Assembly (NCBI GenBank): GCA_036229005.1
Contig: JAZAMN010000011.1
Span: 64,001-128,000 of the forward strand
DNA length: 64,000 nt
Direction: 5' to 3'
Source: Myxococcota bacterium
GTDB taxonomy: Bacteria > Myxococcota_A > UBA796 > CAJQPC01
Below are positions 1-10,208 of the stretch, piece by piece (the stretch's first letter is position 1; every line of letters starts with the position of its first letter). Both the position numbers and the translations under genes were made by a program. Below the pieces are notes generated by a model. The model did not search any database. It saw only the letters and a list, made by a program, of their open reading frames with translations, and was not told the DNA's origin.

Positions 1-2932
1 CCTCGAAGGCGTCGATCAGCAGGTCCAGTGAGACCGGCTCCGGGCGGTCCCGACCCGAGAGGGTCAGGGTCTCGTCGCTGGCCGGGGAGAAGCGCTCGCG
101 GATCTTGTCGCGGGCGAAGGCCAGGTGGGCCTCGGTGGGCTCGTCCAGGACGTAGCGGTGCACGTCGACCAGGGTGCTGCCGTAGGCGCGGCCAAAGATG
201 AAGCCGCCCTCGGCGGGCACCACCACGTAGCCCTGGAAGAGGAAGTCCAGGTCCGCGCGCGAGATCGTGGGCTGCTCGGGGACCGAGGGCTCCGGTTCGG
301 GCTCGGGCACCGCCACCTCGACCACATCCAGGTCCAGGCCCAGATCGGGGAAGGCCGGGGCGTCCTCGCCGATGCTCAGGGGCTCCGGCTCGCGCCCGAG
401 GGAGAGATCGTCGTCGGTGAGGTCCCCCAGGTCGACGTCCGAGAACTCCACCCCATCGGCGGGGTTCAGGGAGTCGATGATCTCCAGGAGCGAGTCGGTG
501 TTGGAGGGGCCGTCCTCGTCGGGAGGCGGCAGGTAGAAGGGCTGCCCCAGATCCACCTGCTCGGGCTCGGAGGGGGCGCTGGGCTCCCACCCGTCGTCGG
601 AGGCCTCGTCCCAGTCTTCGAAGCCGTCCAGGGAGTCGCCCAGCATGTCGAAGGTGTGCAGCGCCTCTGCGGGAGCGACCGCGCTGCCCGCCTCGTGGGC
701 CTCCAGGAGCTCGGAGTCCTCGTCGTCCTCGATCTCGAACTCCATCTCCACCTCGCTCTCCTCGTCGTCGCTGTCCTCGGGAAAGCTGTCCTCGGGGAAG
801 CTGGGCTCAGGGAAGCTGGGCTCGGGGTTGGACAGCTCCAGCGGGCCGTCCAGGGAGTCGTCGGAGGGGAAGCTGAATCCGCTGGGAGAGGAGAGCGCCG
901 GGATGACCGGCCGCTGCCGCTCGACGGGTGGGTCCACCTCGATGGACTCCGTGTCCTCTCCGTTCAGGTCAAAGCCGCTGTCCGTCAGCGAGGTCTCCAG
1001 TCCGTCGCTCAGGTCCGCATCCAGGCTCGCGGACAGGTCCGCGTCGAAGCTGCTGGACAGGCCCGCGTCCAGCTCCGTGTCCAGGGTGACGCCCAGGATG
1101 GACTCGTCGGAGCCCAGCACGTCCTGGGAGAAGGGCTCCAGGACCACCTCGTCCTCTGTGGCGGGGTCCTGGTTGGAGGTCAACTCCGTGTCGTCATCCA
1201 GGGGGGGCATGCCCAGCAGGTCGTAGGAGACCGCCTCGCCCAGGTCCTCCAGAGAGGCGGCCTCGACCGGGGGCTCGTCGCCCTCGATGGCCCCGACCAG
1301 GCCTTCGCTCCAGTCCGCCGGCGGTCCCTCGTCCGCGTCCTCCTCCACGGAGACCGGGGTCGGGTTGAAGGGGTCGAACACCGGACCGGTGGAGTCTTCG
1401 TCCACGGTCTGGACCTCGTCATCCCAGAGGCTGCCCGCGGCCCCGCCGCCCCCCAGCACGGCCTCGACCGGAGGGCCAGCGAGCACGAGCCGATGGCCAC
1501 ACCAGCCCCCCACCAGCGGCCCCTCGACCCGGGCCAGGTGGAAGGCCTCGCTGAGCTGCACCGAGCCCAGGCTGCCGATCTGCAGATCCAGGCGCTCCAT
1601 CCGCTCGGTCAGCAGCGCCTCGAAGCTGCGGGCAGCGGGCTCGTCACTGAACGCGGCCAGGAAGGGGGGGCCGCCTCGCTGAACGCGCCCCCCGAGCTCC
1701 AGCGCCTGGGACTCAAGCTGCTCCCAGATGCGCCCGAGCGCGGCCAGCCCCCCGAGCGCCCGCGGGTCCGCCACGAGCTGGTTGGCCTGCTGACCCAAGC
1801 GCACCCCCACGACGTGGGCGTGGGCAGCCTCATCCAGGCTGGAGGGCACCAGCAGCTCCAGCAATGGCGCGGAGACCTCCGAGCCGCCGCTGCGCCACCG
1901 CCCCGCCCGCCGCTCGACCGGCAGCAGGCTGGAGGCCAGCGCGCTGATCAGGTCCAGGCGCCGGCAGGCCTCGACCACGTCCATCAAGCCGGTGGTCGCG
2001 GCGACCGCAGCGGGCCCGAGCAGGGCGGACGCCTCGCGAGCGCTGAGCCCCTGCGCCTGGAGCTGCTGCTGGGTGACCAGCGCGGGCAGCAGGGAGAGCC
2101 CCAGCCCCAGGCTGCGCCGGTGGAGCATGAGCCCGTCGATGGAGCGGCCCTCAGCAGCCTCTGCGCGCAGGATGGCCCCGGCGGCGGAGTCCTGCGCCAT
2201 CCCCTCTTCGAGCGCCGCGCGCCCTGCGGCCCAGGCCGCCCGCAGCGTGGCGTCGGCGGTGGGCTGCTCCAGCACGCGCGCCACCAGGACCAGATCCCGG
2301 GGGAGCTCCAGGTTGCTCGCCCGCAGCACCAGGGGCAGGCGGCTGGCCACCAGGCTCTGGTAGAGGCGCCCCGGCCGCGCGAGGCCCTTGGTGAGGGCGT
2401 ATGCGGCGCCCAGGCGCACCTGGATCGAGAAGGCCAGGCCGCTGAGCAGCTCGCCCCGAGCTTCCGGGGTCTGGGAGGCCAGCCACCCCAGGTCGGCGTC
2501 CAAGCCGTCCTGCTGCACCCGATCCAGCAGCTCCCGGTCCCGGGCGAACACGCCGCTGGAGAGGCGCACCAGCTCGAGCAGCACCAGGCTCTGGGCCGGG
2601 CGGCCGAAGGGGGCGCTCTCGACCAGCAGCTCCGCGAGCTCCCGGACCAGCGCGTCCTGCTTGAGGACCTGGGGCTGGAGCTCGCGCAGGTCCTCGTTGA
2701 CCTCGCCGGCGCGAGCGGCCTTGAGGCGGGTGGCGATCAGACGGCTGACCGGACGGTATAGACGGGATGTGAAGCCGCAAGGCGCCAGCACCTCCTCGCT
2801 CGCTTGGACCCGAACCGAGACCAGCTCGGGCATCTCCGCGAGCAGGTTGGGGACGAGCACCAGCGCCTCTTCGACCCGGGAGAGCCAGCGGGCGTGGGCG
2901 AGCGCAGCTTTCAGGGAACGCAGAGCGTCCAT
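1..2932 (-). CDS. Large hypothetical protein (>977 aa, runs off window start): helical N-terminal part, long acidic/Pro low-complexity middle, globular C-terminal part
   Basis: Not in the ORF track because no stop lies in the window. Read manually from ATG at 2932 (MDALRSLKAALAHARW...) to ...PVSLDLLIDAFE at position 2. TGCTATGGT extended -10-like motif upstream. The + ORF 125..2761 is its antisense shadow. Confidence 0.75.
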   Translation of the reverse strand, partial: MDALRSLKAALAHARWLSRVEEALVLVPNLLAEMPELVSVRVQASEEVLAPCGFTSRLYRPVSRLIATRLKAARAGEVNEDLRELQPQVLKQDALVRELAELLVESAPFGRPAQSLVLLELVRLSSGVFARDRELLDRVQQDGLDADLGWLASQTPEARGELLSGLAFSIQVRLGAAYALTKGLARPGRLYQSLVASRLPLVLRASNLELPRDLVLVARVLEQPTADATLRAAWAAGRAALEEGMAQDSAAGAILRAEAAEGRSIDGLMLHRRSLGLGLSLLPALVTQQQLQAQGLSAREASALLGPAAVAATTGLMDVVEACRRLDLISALASSLLPVERRAGRWRSGGSEVSAPLLELLVPSSLDEAAHAHVVGVRLGQQANQLVADPRALGGLAALGRIWEQLESQALELGGRVQRGGPPFLAAFSDEPAARSFEALLTERMERLDLQIGSLGSVQLSEAFHLARVEGPLVGGWCGHRLVLAGPPVEAVLGGGGAAGSLWDDEVQTVDEDSTGPVFDPFNPTPVSVEEDADEGPPADWSEGLVGAIEGDEPPVEAASLEDLGEAVSYDLLGMPPLDDDTELTSNQDPATEDEVVLEPFSQDVLGSDESILGVTLDTELDAGLSSSFDADLSASLDADLSDGLETSLTDSGFDLNGEDTESIEVDPPVERQRPVIPALSSPSGFSFPSDDSLDGPLELSNPEPSFPEPSFPEDSFPEDSDDEESEVEMEFEIEDDEDSELLEAHEAGSAVAPAEALHTFDMLGDSLDGFEDWDEASDDGWEPSAPSEPEQVDLGQPFYLPPPDEDGPSNTDSLLEIIDSLNPADGVEFSDVDLGDLTDDDLSLGREPEPLSIGEDAPAFPDLGLDLDVVEVAVPEPEPEPSVPEQPTISRADLDFLFQGYVVVPAEGGFIFGRAYGSTLVDVHRYVLDEPTEAHLAFARDKIRERFSPASDETLTLSGRDRPEPVSLDLLIDAFE

Positions 2933-3001
2933 TCCGGACAACCTCAAGACAACCCGGGGACCATAGCACCCGGGCCCCGGACGGAGGATCCTGCCCCGGT
3001 C

Positions 3002-4270
3002 TCAGTCCCGCAACAAGGGGCCCTCGAGGCCGGAGCTGGCGGGCAGGTGCAGCCAGAGAAGGCCCATGGGGCGCTGCTTGACGGCCACCATCGGGTAGGG
3101 CTGCAGGGCGCCGTCCCGGAACACGAAGGGGTAGCCGACGCCGATGGGCTCCTCGTCGTGAGGGCGGAACACCAGGGTGTTGGCCTGGTCCACCAGGCAC
3201 TCGTCCAGATCCGGGAGGGTGGACTTGGACTCTTCGATGTAGGCCCCCTGCGCGTTGCCATCGGGGGCGATGAAGAAGGTCACCTTGACCACCCCCACCT
3301 GGGTGCGCCCACGCGCCGACGAGAAGGTGTAGCACTGCTCGAAGCGGGCGAGCTGCTCGCTGAGGGTGGCGTGGATCTCGTCGGGCTCGATGTAGAGGGG
3401 CAGGTTCTGGGCGTCGGTCTCCGCGGTGCCCCGCCGGTAGAGTTCGGTGTCCACGGGGAGCGCTTGTCCGGGGGCCGGCTCGCTCTCGTGGACCTGGACG
3501 GTCAGGTGCTGGATCTGCTCGATCCACGCGCCGCTGTCGTAGTCCAACCGCAGCTCCCGCTCCCAGTCGACCTGGTGCCGGAGCACGGTGGCGTCGGCCA
3601 CGTTGACGCTGACCTCGCCGCTCGCGGTCCCGCCCACGCTCATCCGCGCGCCCACGGGGGTGTCCATGCCCCGGCCGTCCAGCTTGCCCTGGTAGCTGAG
3701 GGTGGCGTGCTCGAAGTTCCGCTCCAGCCCGGTCCACTCGGCCTGCAGGTTGGTGTGCAGGTTTCGCTGCCGGGCGACCTCGAAGGGCCAGGTCTGCCGT
3801 CGCCACCCCGAAGCGCCGGCCTCAAGGTCGGGGACCACCGGCGAGATGGCGAAGAAGAGGGCGTCCAGGGTCTCCCCGTGGCGGCCGGGGCCGGAGATGT
3901 GGGCGGCGTTGCGAAGCTGCAGGATCTCGCCGGTCTCGAAGCCGCGCAGCTCCAGGCTCTTGCCGGAGAGCTCCGAGCGCGTCCAGGGGCCCTCGGGGCT
4001 GTCGGCCTGCTCGACGGGGCCAAAGCGCAGCACCCAGCCGATGCTGTCGTCCGAGAAGCGCCGAACCCGGTAGCGGGCCACGCTCCCTCGCAGCGCGCTC
4101 TCCATCTGGGCGTAGGGCGCCAGGGCCTCCAGCGGCTCACCGTCACGCTCCCCGGTGGTCGTGAAGCTGCCCTGGACCTCGAAGGTCCAGACGGGAGCGG
4201 TCGTGGTCGTGGTGACGGACGGGCGGCCAGCGCAGCCCAGGGCGAAGGCGCCCAGCACGGAAGCAAGCAT
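3002..4270 (-). CDS. Lipoprotein with C-terminal AgmX/PglI-C (TonB-C-like) domain
   Basis: Start MLASVLGAFALGC after GGAGAG RBS. C-terminal motif QCY...GVVKVTFFIAPDG...LDECL...FRP...VGYPFVF. Confidence 0.75.
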   Translation of the reverse strand: MLASVLGAFALGCAGRPSVTTTTTAPVWTFEVQGSFTTTGERDGEPLEALAPYAQMESALRGSVARYRVRRFSDDSIGWVLRFGPVEQADSPEGPWTRSELSGKSLELRGFETGEILQLRNAAHISGPGRHGETLDALFFAISPVVPDLEAGASGWRRQTWPFEVARQRNLHTNLQAEWTGLERNFEHATLSYQGKLDGRGMDTPVGARMSVGGTASGEVSVNVADATVLRHQVDWERELRLDYDSGAWIEQIQHLTVQVHESEPAPGQALPVDTELYRRGTAETDAQNLPLYIEPDEIHATLSEQLARFEQCYTFSSARGRTQVGVVKVTFFIAPDGNAQGAYIEESKSTLPDLDECLVDQANTLVFRPHDEEPIGVGYPFVFRDGALQPYPMVAVKQRPMGLLWLHLPASSGLEGPLLRD

Positions 4271-4314
4271 GGTCTCTCCATAGCCAGTGGACGCGCCGGG
4301 AGCCCTCGGGGTTA

Positions 4315-4869
4315 ATGGCGCGCATGGCTGTGTTTGTCCTGCTGGCCGCCGGGAGCTCGGCCCGAATGGGTCGCCCAAAGGCCCTGCTCCCCCACCCCGC
4401 CGGCGCGCCGATGGCCCGGGTGTGGCTGGATCGCGCGAGAGCGGCCGGGCTCCACAAGCGGGTGGTCGTGGGGGGCGCGGATCCCCAGGCGCTGCGGGCT
4501 CTGCTTGAGGAGGAGGAGCTCTGGGTCCACAACCCGCAGTGGTCCACCACCAAGATGCGGGAGTCCCTGATGCTCGCCGCCGAGCTCTGCCCCGGCGAGG
4601 ACATGCTGTTCACGCCCGTGGACGTGCCGCCGTGCAGCGTTCAGGCCCTCGGTGACCTCGCCGGCACCCAGGGGGCCGCGGTGTTGGGGCACCACGGGGC
4701 GCCAGGACATCCGGCCCGGATCCCGGGGGGCCGGGATCTGGCCTCCTTCCCCACCCTCAGACCGCACCTAAAGGGGGCCCATGTGGTCGAGGGCGGGCCC
4801 GACTGCCTGCTGAACCTGAACCACCCGGCCGACTACGCGGCCTGGTTCACTCGCGCAGCCAGAGGGTGA
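4315..4869 (+). CDS. MobA/MocA-like nucleotidyltransferase family protein
   Basis: LLAAGSSARMGRPKALL, PVDVP and NLNHPADY motifs. Confidence 0.85.
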   Translation: MARMAVFVLLAAGSSARMGRPKALLPHPAGAPMARVWLDRARAAGLHKRVVVGGADPQALRALLEEEELWVHNPQWSTTKMRESLMLAAELCPGEDMLFTPVDVPPCSVQALGDLAGTQGAAVLGHHGAPGHPARIPGGRDLASFPTLRPHLKGAHVVEGGPDCLLNLNHPADYAAWFTRAARG

Positions 4870-5314
4870 CGGTGGACTCGGCGATCGCGGTGTCGCCGTC
4901 GATGTCGGTGGCCTCGACCACCAAGCGGGCCTCCTGGCCGACCAGGGCCTCCAGGTCTTGGGCCTCCTGGTAGTCGGGGTGGTCGATGGGGGTCGCGGTG
5001 CCCCACATCAGGCCGGAGCCGTCCTCCTGGCAGTAGACGAGCATGTCCTCGTAGAGGTACTCGCCGATCACCTCTCCGCCGACCTCGGTGCGCATGTCCA
5101 GGTCCACGAAGTTGTTGGCGACCAGCCCCAGGCTGCGGGCGCGGAAGGTCACGCCAAAGCCACCCTGGGGCGGGGTGATGATCTCGACCTCCTGCCCGTC
5201 CTCGAATGGGGTGAACTCGGTGCCCGAGCCCTCCCCCAGCTCCATCGAGCTGGCTCCCCGGCCAGCGCAGAGCTGCTCCGGCGTCCAACATGCGACCAGC
5301 AAAGTCCAGATCAT
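4847..5314 (-). CDS. Hypothetical lipoprotein (very short signal MIWTLLVAC)
   Basis: ORF with typical codon usage, GAGG RBS and lipobox LVAC. Confidence 0.75.
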   Translation of the reverse strand: MIWTLLVACWTPEQLCAGRGASSMELGEGSGTEFTPFEDGQEVEIITPPQGGFGVTFRARSLGLVANNFVDLDMRTEVGGEVIGEYLYEDMLVYCQEDGSGLMWGTATPIDHPDYQEAQDLEALVGQEARLVVEATDIDGDTAIAESTVTLWLRE

Positions 5315-5392
5315 CGCGTCCTCAGGCTGCCCTGCCCCAGACCCTACCCGGGTGGGGGCGGAGCCGCGAGGGGCGATGGGGGACCAATGCGC

Positions 5393-6241
5393 TCAGCCGC
5401 TGACCTGGGCCTTGACCCACGCCTGCATCTCCTCGCGGGGCATGTGCGAGGAGCGCTTCTGCTGGCTGGAGTCGAAGGAGTAGACGCTGGAGGGGCAGTC
5501 CTCGTTCTTGGAGGGGAAGGTCTTCTCGGCGAGCACCTTGCCGCTGCGCCGCCCGAAGACCTGGACCTTGGCGTCCTGGACCTGGAGGATCACGGGGCTG
5601 GTGGGGTTGCCGGCCTCGTCGACGTAGCCGTCGCAGGTGATCTCCTTGACGGTCACGCGCTGAACGAAGGCCAGAGCGTCGAGCTCGCCGATGGTCTGGG
5701 CCATCCCCAGCACCACCTCGTCGTAGCCGTTGTCGTAGTAGATGGCCTTGATCTGCTCGGGGTCGGCGTTGGTCTCGCCGTGAAAGAGGACGGGACCCCG
5801 CTTCGCGGCCTCCACCAGGTCCTCGCCGGGGAAGTAGACGGTCTGGTCGGGCACCGGGACGCTGAAGGCCTGCCCGCCCGGAGGGGTCACCTGGAGGGTC
5901 AGGCCGCCGAGAGTGCCGGTGTTCCAGGAGCTCTCGTTGGGAGCGGGCAGCTTGATGCTGTTGAAGTACGCGAACGCGGAGACGTCGGCCTTCATGCGGC
6001 CCTCGGCGTCCGCGCTGACCGTGGTGTCGCCGACCAGGAGCTCGGTCCCGGGGGGGAAACCGAAGAAGTAGACGCTGAGCTCTCCGTCGCTGAGGCTGAC
6101 GCTGCCGCGCATCTCGTCCTCCCCCTGGACCTCGAAGCGATCGTCGGACCAGACGAAGGCCTCGGGGCCGGTGAGGAACTGAGCGCGCTCCTGCAGGGGG
6201 GTGCTGCATGCGGTGAAGGTGGCGAGGGCGAGTAGGCTCAT
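5393..6241 (-). CDS. Hypothetical lipoprotein
   Basis: MSLLALATFTAC lipobox, AGGAG RBS, typical codon usage. Confidence 0.75.
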   Translation of the reverse strand: MSLLALATFTACSTPLQERAQFLTGPEAFVWSDDRFEVQGEDEMRGSVSLSDGELSVYFFGFPPGTELLVGDTTVSADAEGRMKADVSAFAYFNSIKLPAPNESSWNTGTLGGLTLQVTPPGGQAFSVPVPDQTVYFPGEDLVEAAKRGPVLFHGETNADPEQIKAIYYDNGYDEVVLGMAQTIGELDALAFVQRVTVKEITCDGYVDEAGNPTSPVILQVQDAKVQVFGRRSGKVLAEKTFPSKNEDCPSSVYSFDSSQQKRSSHMPREEMQAWVKAQVSG

Positions 6242-6406
6242 CGGGGGACTCCTGGGGGTGCGGCGTCTAACGAGTCCTGGGCGGGACGCTTACAGGAGAT
6301 TTGGGGCCGGGCGTCAGGTCTGGCGCGTGTCTGTCTTGGTGCCAAGCCGTAGCGAGAACCCCGACCCCGGGTGGTAGAAAGGGGGCCACTTCTCCCGGAG
6401 AGACCC

Positions 6407-9400
6407 ATGACCTCCCTGTTGATCCACCTGGCCCTGGTCGGCACCGCCTCGGCGGCAGACCTGACCATCGACGGCACGACCCAGACCCTGGACGGCACCC
6501 AGAGCTACGACAACATCTACGTGATCAACGGCGGCAGCCTGGTGGTCACGGACTACGATGGGACGGGCACCACCGGCACGGTCACCCTGGTCGCCGAGAC
6601 CGTCACCGTGGACAGCACCTCCTCCATCGTCGCCTCGGGGGCCGGCTACCGCGGCGTCACCAATGCCCAGGGCGAAGGCACCGGCGGCGGCACCGGCGGC
6701 AGCGCATTCCCGGACTCCGGCGGCGGCGGCGCCCACGGTGGTGACGGCGGCGACGGCGTCCAGGACGACAACCTGACGGCCGACGGACAGGGCGGCACCG
6801 CGTACGGTGACAGCAGCTCCTTGAGCGTGGACATGGGCTCGGCGGGCGGCTCCGCGGGCGGCGGCGACGGCGACACGGGCGGCGCTGGCGGCAATGGCGG
6901 CGGCTCCATCACCATCCAGGCCGACACCGTGACCATCGCCGGCACGATCATCACCAACGGCGACGACGGCGCGATCTACAACAACGACGCAGCGGGCGGC
7001 GGCGCCGGCGGTGGCGTGTTCATCCAGGCCGACACCCTGAGCTGCACCGGCACCATCACGGCTGCGGGCGGCGACGGCGGCGATATTGATGACAACGGCG
7101 GCGGCGGCGGCGGCGGCGTGGTCAAGCAGTTCTACGACACCAGCGGCACCACCTGCACCGTGGACGTGAGCGGCGGCACCGGCCCCGGGCGGGCCAGCGA
7201 CGGCTCCACGGGCATCGACTCCAGCGGCACCGTGGACTACGACGGCGACGGCTACACCGTGGCCGACGGCGACTGCGACCCCACCGACAGCAGCGTCAAC
7301 CCCGGCGCCACCGAGGTCTGGTACGACGGCGTGGACCAGGACTGCGACGGCGGCTCCGACTACGACCAGGACGGCGACGGCGAGGACTCCGACGCCTACG
7401 GCGGCGACGACTGCGACGACACCGACGCGGCCATCAACACCTCCGCGACCGAGATCGACGGCAACACCGTGGACGAGGACTGCGACGACGTCCTGGGCGG
7501 CTACGACTCCGACGGGGACGGCCTGGACGACGACGACGAGGTCTACGTCTACGGCACGGATCCCTTCGACGCGGACACCGACGGCGAGGGCCTGACCGAC
7601 GGCGAAGAGGTGCTGACCTACGGCACCGACCCCCTGGACAAGAACAGCGACGACGACGGCCTGAACGACTACCGTGAGGTGGTCACCGAGGGCACGGATC
7701 CCAACGACGCCGACTCCGACGACGACGGCCTGACCGACGGCGAGGAGGTCAAGAAGCACGGCACCGACCCCAACGACGACGACACCGACGGTGACAGCCT
7801 CAGCGACGGCGAAGAGGTCAACACCTACGGCACCGATCCCCTGCTCGCCGACACGGACGGGGATGGGCTGGATGATGATGACGAGCTCCTCGTCTACACC
7901 ACCGATCCTCTGGATGCGGACACGGACGGAGAGGGCCTGGATGATGGGGACGAGGTCAACGTACACGGGACCGACCCCCTCCTCGCCGACACCGACTCCG
8001 ACGGCTGCGACGACGCCACCGAGGTGGCCGCCGGCTCCGATCCCCTGCTGACCGACACCGACGGCGACGGGGTGGACGACTGCAGCGAGATCAGCGACGG
8101 CACCGACCCCACCGACTCCGACTCCGACGGCGACGGCCTGAGCGACGGCGAAGAGGACACCCTGGGCACCGACCCCACGGACTCCGACACCGACAACGAC
8201 GGCCTGAGCGACGGCGAGGAGGTCAACACCACCGGGACCGACCCCGTGGACGCCGACTCCGACGACGACGGCCTGGACGACGGCGAGGAGGTCAACACCC
8301 ACGGCACCGATCCCAACGTCGCCGACACCGACGGTGACGGCCTGAGCGACGGCGACGAGGTCGACTCCCACGGCACCGATCCCAACGACGCTGACACCGA
8401 CGGCGACGGCCTGGACGACGGCGACGAGGTCAACACCCACGGCACCGACCCCACCAGCGCCGACAGCGACAGCGACGGCCTGGACGACGGCGAGGAGGTC
8501 AACACCTACGGGACCGACCCCAACCTGGCCGACACCGACGGCGGCGGCGTGGGCGACGGCGCCGAGGTCACCGCGGGCACCGATCCCCTGGACGCCAGCG
8601 ACGACGTGGCCAGCGACGACAGCGACGGTGATGGCCTGAGCGACGACGAAGAGGCCGCGCTGGGCACGGATCCCCTGGACCCCGACAGCGACGGCGACGG
8701 CCTGGAGGACGGCGACGAGGTCTACACCCACGGCACCGATCCCAGCGACGCGGACACCGACAACGACGGCCTGGACGACGGCGAGGAGGTCCTCAGCGAG
8801 GGCACCGATCCGCTGGACGCCGACACCGACGGTGACGGGCTCGAGGACGGCGAGGAGGTCGACTCCTACGGCACCGACCCCCTGGACGCCGACACCGACG
8901 GCGACGGCCTGGACGACGCCGAGGAGGTCGACACCTACGGCACCGATCCCCTGGACGACGACAGCGACGACGACGGCCTGGGCGACGGCGAGGAGGCCCT
9001 GACCACCGACACGGATCCCCTCTCGGCGGACACCGACGGCGACGGCCTGGACGACGGCGAGGAGGTCAACACCTACGGCACAGACCCCAAGGACGAGGAC
9101 ACCGACAACGGCGGCGTCTCCGACGGCGTGGAGGTGCTGGTCGACGGCACGGACCCCCTGGATCCCAGCGACGACGTGGCCGATGACGGGACCGATACCG
9201 ACGGTGACGGCCTCACCGACGTGGAGGAGGAGGCTCTGGGCACCGACCCCGGCAGCGCGGACAGCGACGGCGATGGCCTGAGCGACGGCGACGAGGTCGA
9301 CATCCACGGCACCGATCCCAACCGCGGCGACACCGACGGCGACGGCCTGAGCGACGGCGACGAGGTCAACACCCACGGCACCGATCCCCTCTCCGCCGAC

Positions 9401-10147
9401 AGCGACGGCGACGGCCTGGACGACGGCACCGAGGTCAACGACACCGGCACCGACCCCCTGGACCAGGACAGCGACGATGACGGCCTGACGGACGCCACCG
9501 AGGTGAACACCTACGGCACCGATCCCAACGACGCCGACAGCGACGACGACCTGCTGGAGGACGGCCGCGAGACCTTCGAGGTGGGCACGGATCCCCTGGA
9601 CTTCGACACCGACGACGGCGGCCGCGGCGACGGCGCCGAGGTGGACCAGGACGGGACCGATCCCTTCGATCCCTCCGACGACGTGAGCGATCGCGACGGC
9701 GACGGCGTCTCCGACTACGACGAGGAGAACACCTACGGCACCGACCCCGACAACGCCGACAGCGACGGGGATGGGCTCAGTGATGGCGACGAGATCTTCG
9801 TCCACACCACCGACCCTCTGGATAGCGACTCCGACGACGACGGCCTGAGTGACGGCGACGAGGTCAACGTCCACGGGACCGACCCGGGCGACAGCGACAC
9901 CGACGACGGCGGCGTCTCCGACGGCGACGAGGTCGACAACGGCACCGACCCGCTGGATGGCAGCGACGACGTCCCCGACACCAACACCCCCGACGACACC
10001 GGTGATACCGGAGAGGACGACCTGAACGGCCTCTACGCCGGCGGCGGCGGCGCGGGCTGCAGCAGCACTGGCGGGAGCGCTGGCGGCCTGCTGGGTGCCC
10101 TGGGCCTGCTGCTGGGCATGACCCTGCTGCGGCGCCGCCGGGACTGA
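6407..10147 (+). CDS. Large surface protein: Gly-rich N-domain, two MopE-type metal-binding motifs, long array of bacterial TSP3-like Ca-binding repeats, MYXO-CTERM-like tail
   Basis: Signal MTSLLIHLALVGTASA. Repeats D(T/S)DGDGLxDGEEVxxxGTDPxxA. C-terminus GCSSTGGSAGGLLGALGLLLGMTLLRRRRD. Confidence 0.9.
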   Translation: MTSLLIHLALVGTASAADLTIDGTTQTLDGTQSYDNIYVINGGSLVVTDYDGTGTTGTVTLVAETVTVDSTSSIVASGAGYRGVTNAQGEGTGGGTGGSAFPDSGGGGAHGGDGGDGVQDDNLTADGQGGTAYGDSSSLSVDMGSAGGSAGGGDGDTGGAGGNGGGSITIQADTVTIAGTIITNGDDGAIYNNDAAGGGAGGGVFIQADTLSCTGTITAAGGDGGDIDDNGGGGGGGVVKQFYDTSGTTCTVDVSGGTGPGRASDGSTGIDSSGTVDYDGDGYTVADGDCDPTDSSVNPGATEVWYDGVDQDCDGGSDYDQDGDGEDSDAYGGDDCDDTDAAINTSATEIDGNTVDEDCDDVLGGYDSDGDGLDDDDEVYVYGTDPFDADTDGEGLTDGEEVLTYGTDPLDKNSDDDGLNDYREVVTEGTDPNDADSDDDGLTDGEEVKKHGTDPNDDDTDGDSLSDGEEVNTYGTDPLLADTDGDGLDDDDELLVYTTDPLDADTDGEGLDDGDEVNVHGTDPLLADTDSDGCDDATEVAAGSDPLLTDTDGDGVDDCSEISDGTDPTDSDSDGDGLSDGEEDTLGTDPTDSDTDNDGLSDGEEVNTTGTDPVDADSDDDGLDDGEEVNTHGTDPNVADTDGDGLSDGDEVDSHGTDPNDADTDGDGLDDGDEVNTHGTDPTSADSDSDGLDDGEEVNTYGTDPNLADTDGGGVGDGAEVTAGTDPLDASDDVASDDSDGDGLSDDEEAALGTDPLDPDSDGDGLEDGDEVYTHGTDPSDADTDNDGLDDGEEVLSEGTDPLDADTDGDGLEDGEEVDSYGTDPLDADTDGDGLDDAEEVDTYGTDPLDDDSDDDGLGDGEEALTTDTDPLSADTDGDGLDDGEEVNTYGTDPKDEDTDNGGVSDGVEVLVDGTDPLDPSDDVADDGTDTDGDGLTDVEEEALGTDPGSADSDGDGLSDGDEVDIHGTDPNRGDTDGDGLSDGDEVNTHGTDPLSADSDGDGLDDGTEVNDTGTDPLDQDSDDDGLTDATEVNTYGTDPNDADSDDDLLEDGRETFEVGTDPLDFDTDDGGRGDGAEVDQDGTDPFDPSDDVSDRDGDGVSDYDEENTYGTDPDNADSDGDGLSDGDEIFVHTTDPLDSDSDDDGLSDGDEVNVHGTDPGDSDTDDGGVSDGDEVDNGTDPLDGSDDVPDTNTPDDTGDTGEDDLNGLYAGGGGAGCSSTGGSAGGLLGALGLLLGMTLLRRRRD
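7500..9970 (+). repeat. Coding tandem repeats (~23 aa / ~69 bp units, roughly 35 copies estimated from length)
   Basis: Recurrent gacaccgacggcgacggcctgagcgacggcgaggag...ggcaccgatccc units, in frame. Confidence 0.9.
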
Positions 10148-10208
10148 GGCCTGGACGCGAGGCCTCCAGGGTTAGGGGATGCACATCCCCAAGGCTCTGG
10201 AGGCCCCG

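Noticed and set aside
125..2761. 878-aa + strand ORF
   Set aside because: Antisense shadow of the real minus-strand gene 1..2932 in the same codon register; its composition is typical of a reverse-read high-GC3 gene.
6314..9874. 1186-aa Val/Ala/Gly-rich minus ORF that looks like a membrane protein
   Set aside because: Mirror of the Asp/Thr-rich repeat gene (GAC read as GTC); no independent signals.
7500..9970. Periodic repeats as a possible CRISPR array
   Set aside because: Degenerate, in-frame protein-coding repeats with no unique spacers and no cas genes.
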